Of a DNA stretch of 40,748 nt, positions 37,561-40,748 are shown piece after piece. The notes beneath the pieces were generated by a model. The model was not told the origin of the DNA, made no database searches, and was given only the letters and a program-made list of their open reading frames with translations. How positions within the stretch are numbered: the first letter of the stretch is position 1; the number at the start of each line of letters is the position of its first letter. The position numbers were made by a program, and so were the translations under genes. The stretch lies in NCBI RefSeq assembly GCF_001194135.2, contig NC_068983.1:129816176-129856923 (forward strand), in the 5' to 3' direction. The stretch is from Octopus bimaculoides (Eukaryota).

Positions 37561-37859
37561 TTTATATTTGGAAAATGCTGGAGTAAAACATTTGTTTTGC
37601 ATAAATTACATTGGGGTATTACTTGGTTTTTGTCCATCTTGGCTTTTATCCTATTAGTCCGTGATGATTGATCTTATGCAGCTATTAATAAACATTATCT
37701 CTCCCTCTTCATATTTCATTTCGTGAGACACAGCCATGCCTCAGTACAACTATTTGCTGCAACTATCTTTGGAAATTTACTATGCAAGGCTTTGTCGTGC
37801 CAGTCAGATAATTGATGTTCTTTTTTCTGGTATTTAACTTCGTTTGTGATTTTGGTGTC

Positions 37860-38440
37860 TCTGTGTAATGCTGTGACTCTAGCAGCCTTTTACAAACTTT
37901 CTCCGCCATTACCTACATAGGATTCTATATCTACTCTAGCTAACTTCATGCAGTCTTCAACCGATATTGACCCTATCCTCCCTTCCTTTCTAAGTAGGTA
38001 TAATTTTGTACTACTGCCCTTGTATGGAGTGCTCCATTCATATTGAATTCCTTCCTTGTTCCTCGGTTTAGCTTCACTGATTCACTTTTTTTCCTAATCT
38101 ACAAAAGCTGCTGATATAAAATAAATGATAGTGCCCAAGTATTAACAACTTTCACTATATTGGGACCATTTAGATGTGACTTCATTGGCTTCTTCTCCCA
38201 TCTGAGGCACTCCCCAATATTAGTTTTCATTTCATTTCTATAATTAGTACTCGGTCAGATACTATTATGTCTATACACTTGTATCTCCCTCGTCCTTTAA
38301 TGACTGGCCATCTGGTAATTGGATTTGTTCGCTGTTGCATAAAGATTACCTTCTCATAAGTAGTATTGCACAATCATCTATGCCCAATTCCATGTATTTA
38401 TCATTGCTGAAGACCCTTGCAATCTGTATCAATGAATTTT
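37860..38440 (-). mobile_element. R4/Dong-like (RLE-type) non-LTR retrotransposon, RT C-terminal and thumb fragment
   Basis: Minus strand gives NSLIQIARVFSNDKYMELGIDDCAILLMRR, QIQLPDG, KSHLNGPNIVKVVNTWA, GALHTRAVVQKLYLLRKEGRIGSISVED. These correspond to R4/Dong MEFG..KCA, KLN..N.IKAINTWA and ALHP...RLY..RKEGGRGL motifs. Confidence 0.8.
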
Positions 38441-38465
38441 TCACATTTTCGGTCTTAGTAAAAAG

Positions 38466-38615
38466 CTACATCTTTTGTATTTCAAATTCCAGGTCCTTAT
38501 ATTTAATAAATTTATCAAATAGTTTTCCTGATATATTTCTATCAGCGAGAACACTTACATTTATAGGTCTTCAACTATTTTTTTCCTCTTTTTTATTGAC
38601 ATCGTCTGGTCAATT
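38466..38615 (-). mobile_element. R4/Dong-like restriction-like endonuclease (PD-D/ExK) fragment
   Basis: N*PDDVNKKEEKNS*RPINVSVLADRNISGKLFDKFIKYKDLEFEIQKM* fits NRPDIV..DK..K.C.LID.SVP.D.N...KE.EK..KYKDL..EI..MW. Confidence 0.75.
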
Positions 38616-38676
38616 AGCCTGGCTCGTTCTATCGGTATTATTATTGTTAGTGTTATTATTATCATTATTGTTATTA

Positions 38677-39845
38677 TTAGGTCATCAAGTATGAAATTTG
38701 TAGTAATGTATATGGTAAATTTTGCCAGCTGCTCATTTCTCGGCATTATTATATCTTCCCAATCTTTATTTTTTATTAGAACGCTGAGACATCTATTCCG
38801 TTATTCCAACTCACCTTGCGTGCCATGAAGTATTTACAAATCAGTTTGTGGTATTTTTGTTTAGAGTCTTGAAATTTTGGATCATTCTTGGAAATACAGC
38901 ATCACAGACAGCTCGAAATATTATTGTATTCTTTCATTCTAATTTTATTACACGGCGGGCATTATTGAATTGGTTTGCGAAATTTCGTTTGGGTAACTTT
39001 GATCATACAAATGAGCAACCCGGTCGACCAGGAACAAAGGTGGATAATGACGAACTGAAAGCCACCGTAGAGTCAGATCCGTCTCAAAATACCCATGAAT
39101 TATCGTTGTCGTTACGTCTAGGCAAGCAAACAATATTGACTCACATTGTTCGAATTTGTCTAATGATAAATTTGCATCAAATGTGAGTTCCACATGAACT
39201 CAAAGAAAATCAGAAAAGAGCAACGTTTGTAAGCCTTCATTATGCTACGAATCATTTTTGAATCGAGTTGCAGCATGTGATGAGAAAGGGATCCAATACA
39301 ACAAACACAAAAGTTCAGCACAATGCTTGGAAAAGAGACGAGCCACCAGAACACAGTACAAAAAGCAAAATTTATGAAATGATGTAGGAACCTACACAAA
39401 CAGCTTAGATTAGTCAACAGATCCACTCGTATTTTATTGCAAGAAAACACCGGACTACACAACGCAAAAATGACATTGGCGAAACTACAGGATTTGGAGT
39501 TGGAGTTCTTCAATCATTCACCATACTCACCTGATCTTGCTCCCACTGACTACAACTTCTTCCGGAATTCGGATAACTTTTTAGTAAGAAGAATGTTGAT
39601 TCTAACGATGATGTAAAACAGCCCTTAAACGATTTTATTGACAATAAATTGCCAGGCTTTTACATTTCCCAGCTGCAAATATTCCATTTCACAGCTGCTT
39701 TCACATTTTACATCTCCTGCCGTTGAAATGGCAAAAGTGCATCGGCAATATGGGTGTATACTTTGATGAATAAACCTATTCATTGTATTTATAAAATATT
39801 AACAAAATTTCATCTTTTCTATAACTATCATATTTTACAACCTAA
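38677..39845 (+). mobile_element. Near full-length decayed mariner (DD34D) transposon with both TIRs and TA target duplication
   Basis: TA-ttaggtcatcaagtatga ... tcatattttacaacctaa-TA. Relic protein has WFAKFRLGNFD..NEQPGRP, *VPHEL (WVPHEL with a stop), HSPYSPDLAPTDYNFF and LPLKWQKCIG...YFDE*. Multiple frameshifts. Confidence 0.9.
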
Positions 39846-39914
<69 letters not shown>

Positions 39915-40048
39915 NNNNNNNNNNNNNNNNNNTAGTAGTAGTAATTATATTATGACTGTTGTTGGCATTGTCGTCGTTGCTACTACGACTAGTACTAACA
40001 GCGTTTACATTATTATTGTTATTATTATTATTATTATTATTAGTATTA

Positions 40049-40121
<73 letters not shown>

Positions 40122-40125
40122 CATT
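39846..40125. repeat. (TAT)n microsatellite with degenerate middle
   Basis: Directly visible. It gives the poly-I and poly-N ORFs. Confidence 0.95.
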
Positions 40126-40748
40126 TGTGAACATATAATTTGTAGGCTGATGCATTTCGAATAGAACATATAAGAGGCACTTAATTAGTGAAACTTAAGG
40201 AAGTCGTTCTATTATTGTTAAGAAAAAAAATGTATAATAATCCCATCAAATTTCAGCTTCTGTATCCTTCGTACATTTTATGAAATATCTGCACATCATT
40301 ACGTGAAAAAGATTTACAATATCATTGCGAAATTCCAACTTTTATAGAGACTTTTATACATTTTATGAAGTTAAATATTTTTTGGGGCTTTCTACGGTAC
40401 GTTTTCATTTACTTGTCAGTATTCTATTCGTATTGTATATTTGTTTTATTCTTGCCTATATTCCTGTTGAATTTCAAATAATGACACGTAAACATCATTA
40501 TTTCATGTAGAATGGAGGCATTAAAACATAAAAAATATTAACGTAAAAGAATTGGAACTATATTTTTTTATGCAGGATTGCCAAATATATCAATAAATCA
40601 AATTGGATGTCATTCAGTATAGCTTCTTTTAAACAGCGGAATTATATGGAAAGTAAATTCTTGAATATTCTAAACTTTTAGATATATTTTTATTCACTTG
40701 AAAGGCCCTAACTGCTAAGATCGAATGTGATATATATATATATATATA

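Noticed and set aside
1-40748. CRISPR arrays, rRNA/tRNA genes, prokaryotic operons
   Set aside because: None seen. The DNA is eukaryotic, and tRNA-like boxes occur only as SINE heads.

Overview
AT-rich, microsatellite-saturated eukaryotic non-coding DNA from a draft assembly. It has 12 N-gaps (about 708-1371, 3130-3811, 4347-4791, 7575-7779, 8438-9219, 11892-12623, 19368-19737, 22104-22226, 31189-32073, 32401-32410, 32718-33179, 39915-39932), most bordered by (TA)n. The SINE families and repeat landscape suggest an octopod cephalopod (inference from recalled repeat similarity, not a search). No intact protein-coding gene can be supported. The long ORFs are gap or microsatellite artefacts, and only a few low-confidence candidate exons remain. 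Recognisable content is transposon debris: two mariner relics, two copies of a mariner-derived fold-back MITE, two CR1-like LINE RT relics, an R4/Dong-like LINE, tRNA-derived SINEs and three Penelope-like (PLE) remnants. The most notable signal is a set of sequence-unrelated type I hammerhead ribozyme motifs. Two have complete catalytic cores: 7319-7381 (+), and 8014-8092 (-) inside a 467-bp tandem unit. Three are decayed: 13638-13707 (-) inside a 358-bp direct-repeat unit, 25265-25353 (-), and 36026-36065 (+) downstream of a PLE GIY-YIG. Together they suggest several retrozyme or PLE pseudo-LTR families.
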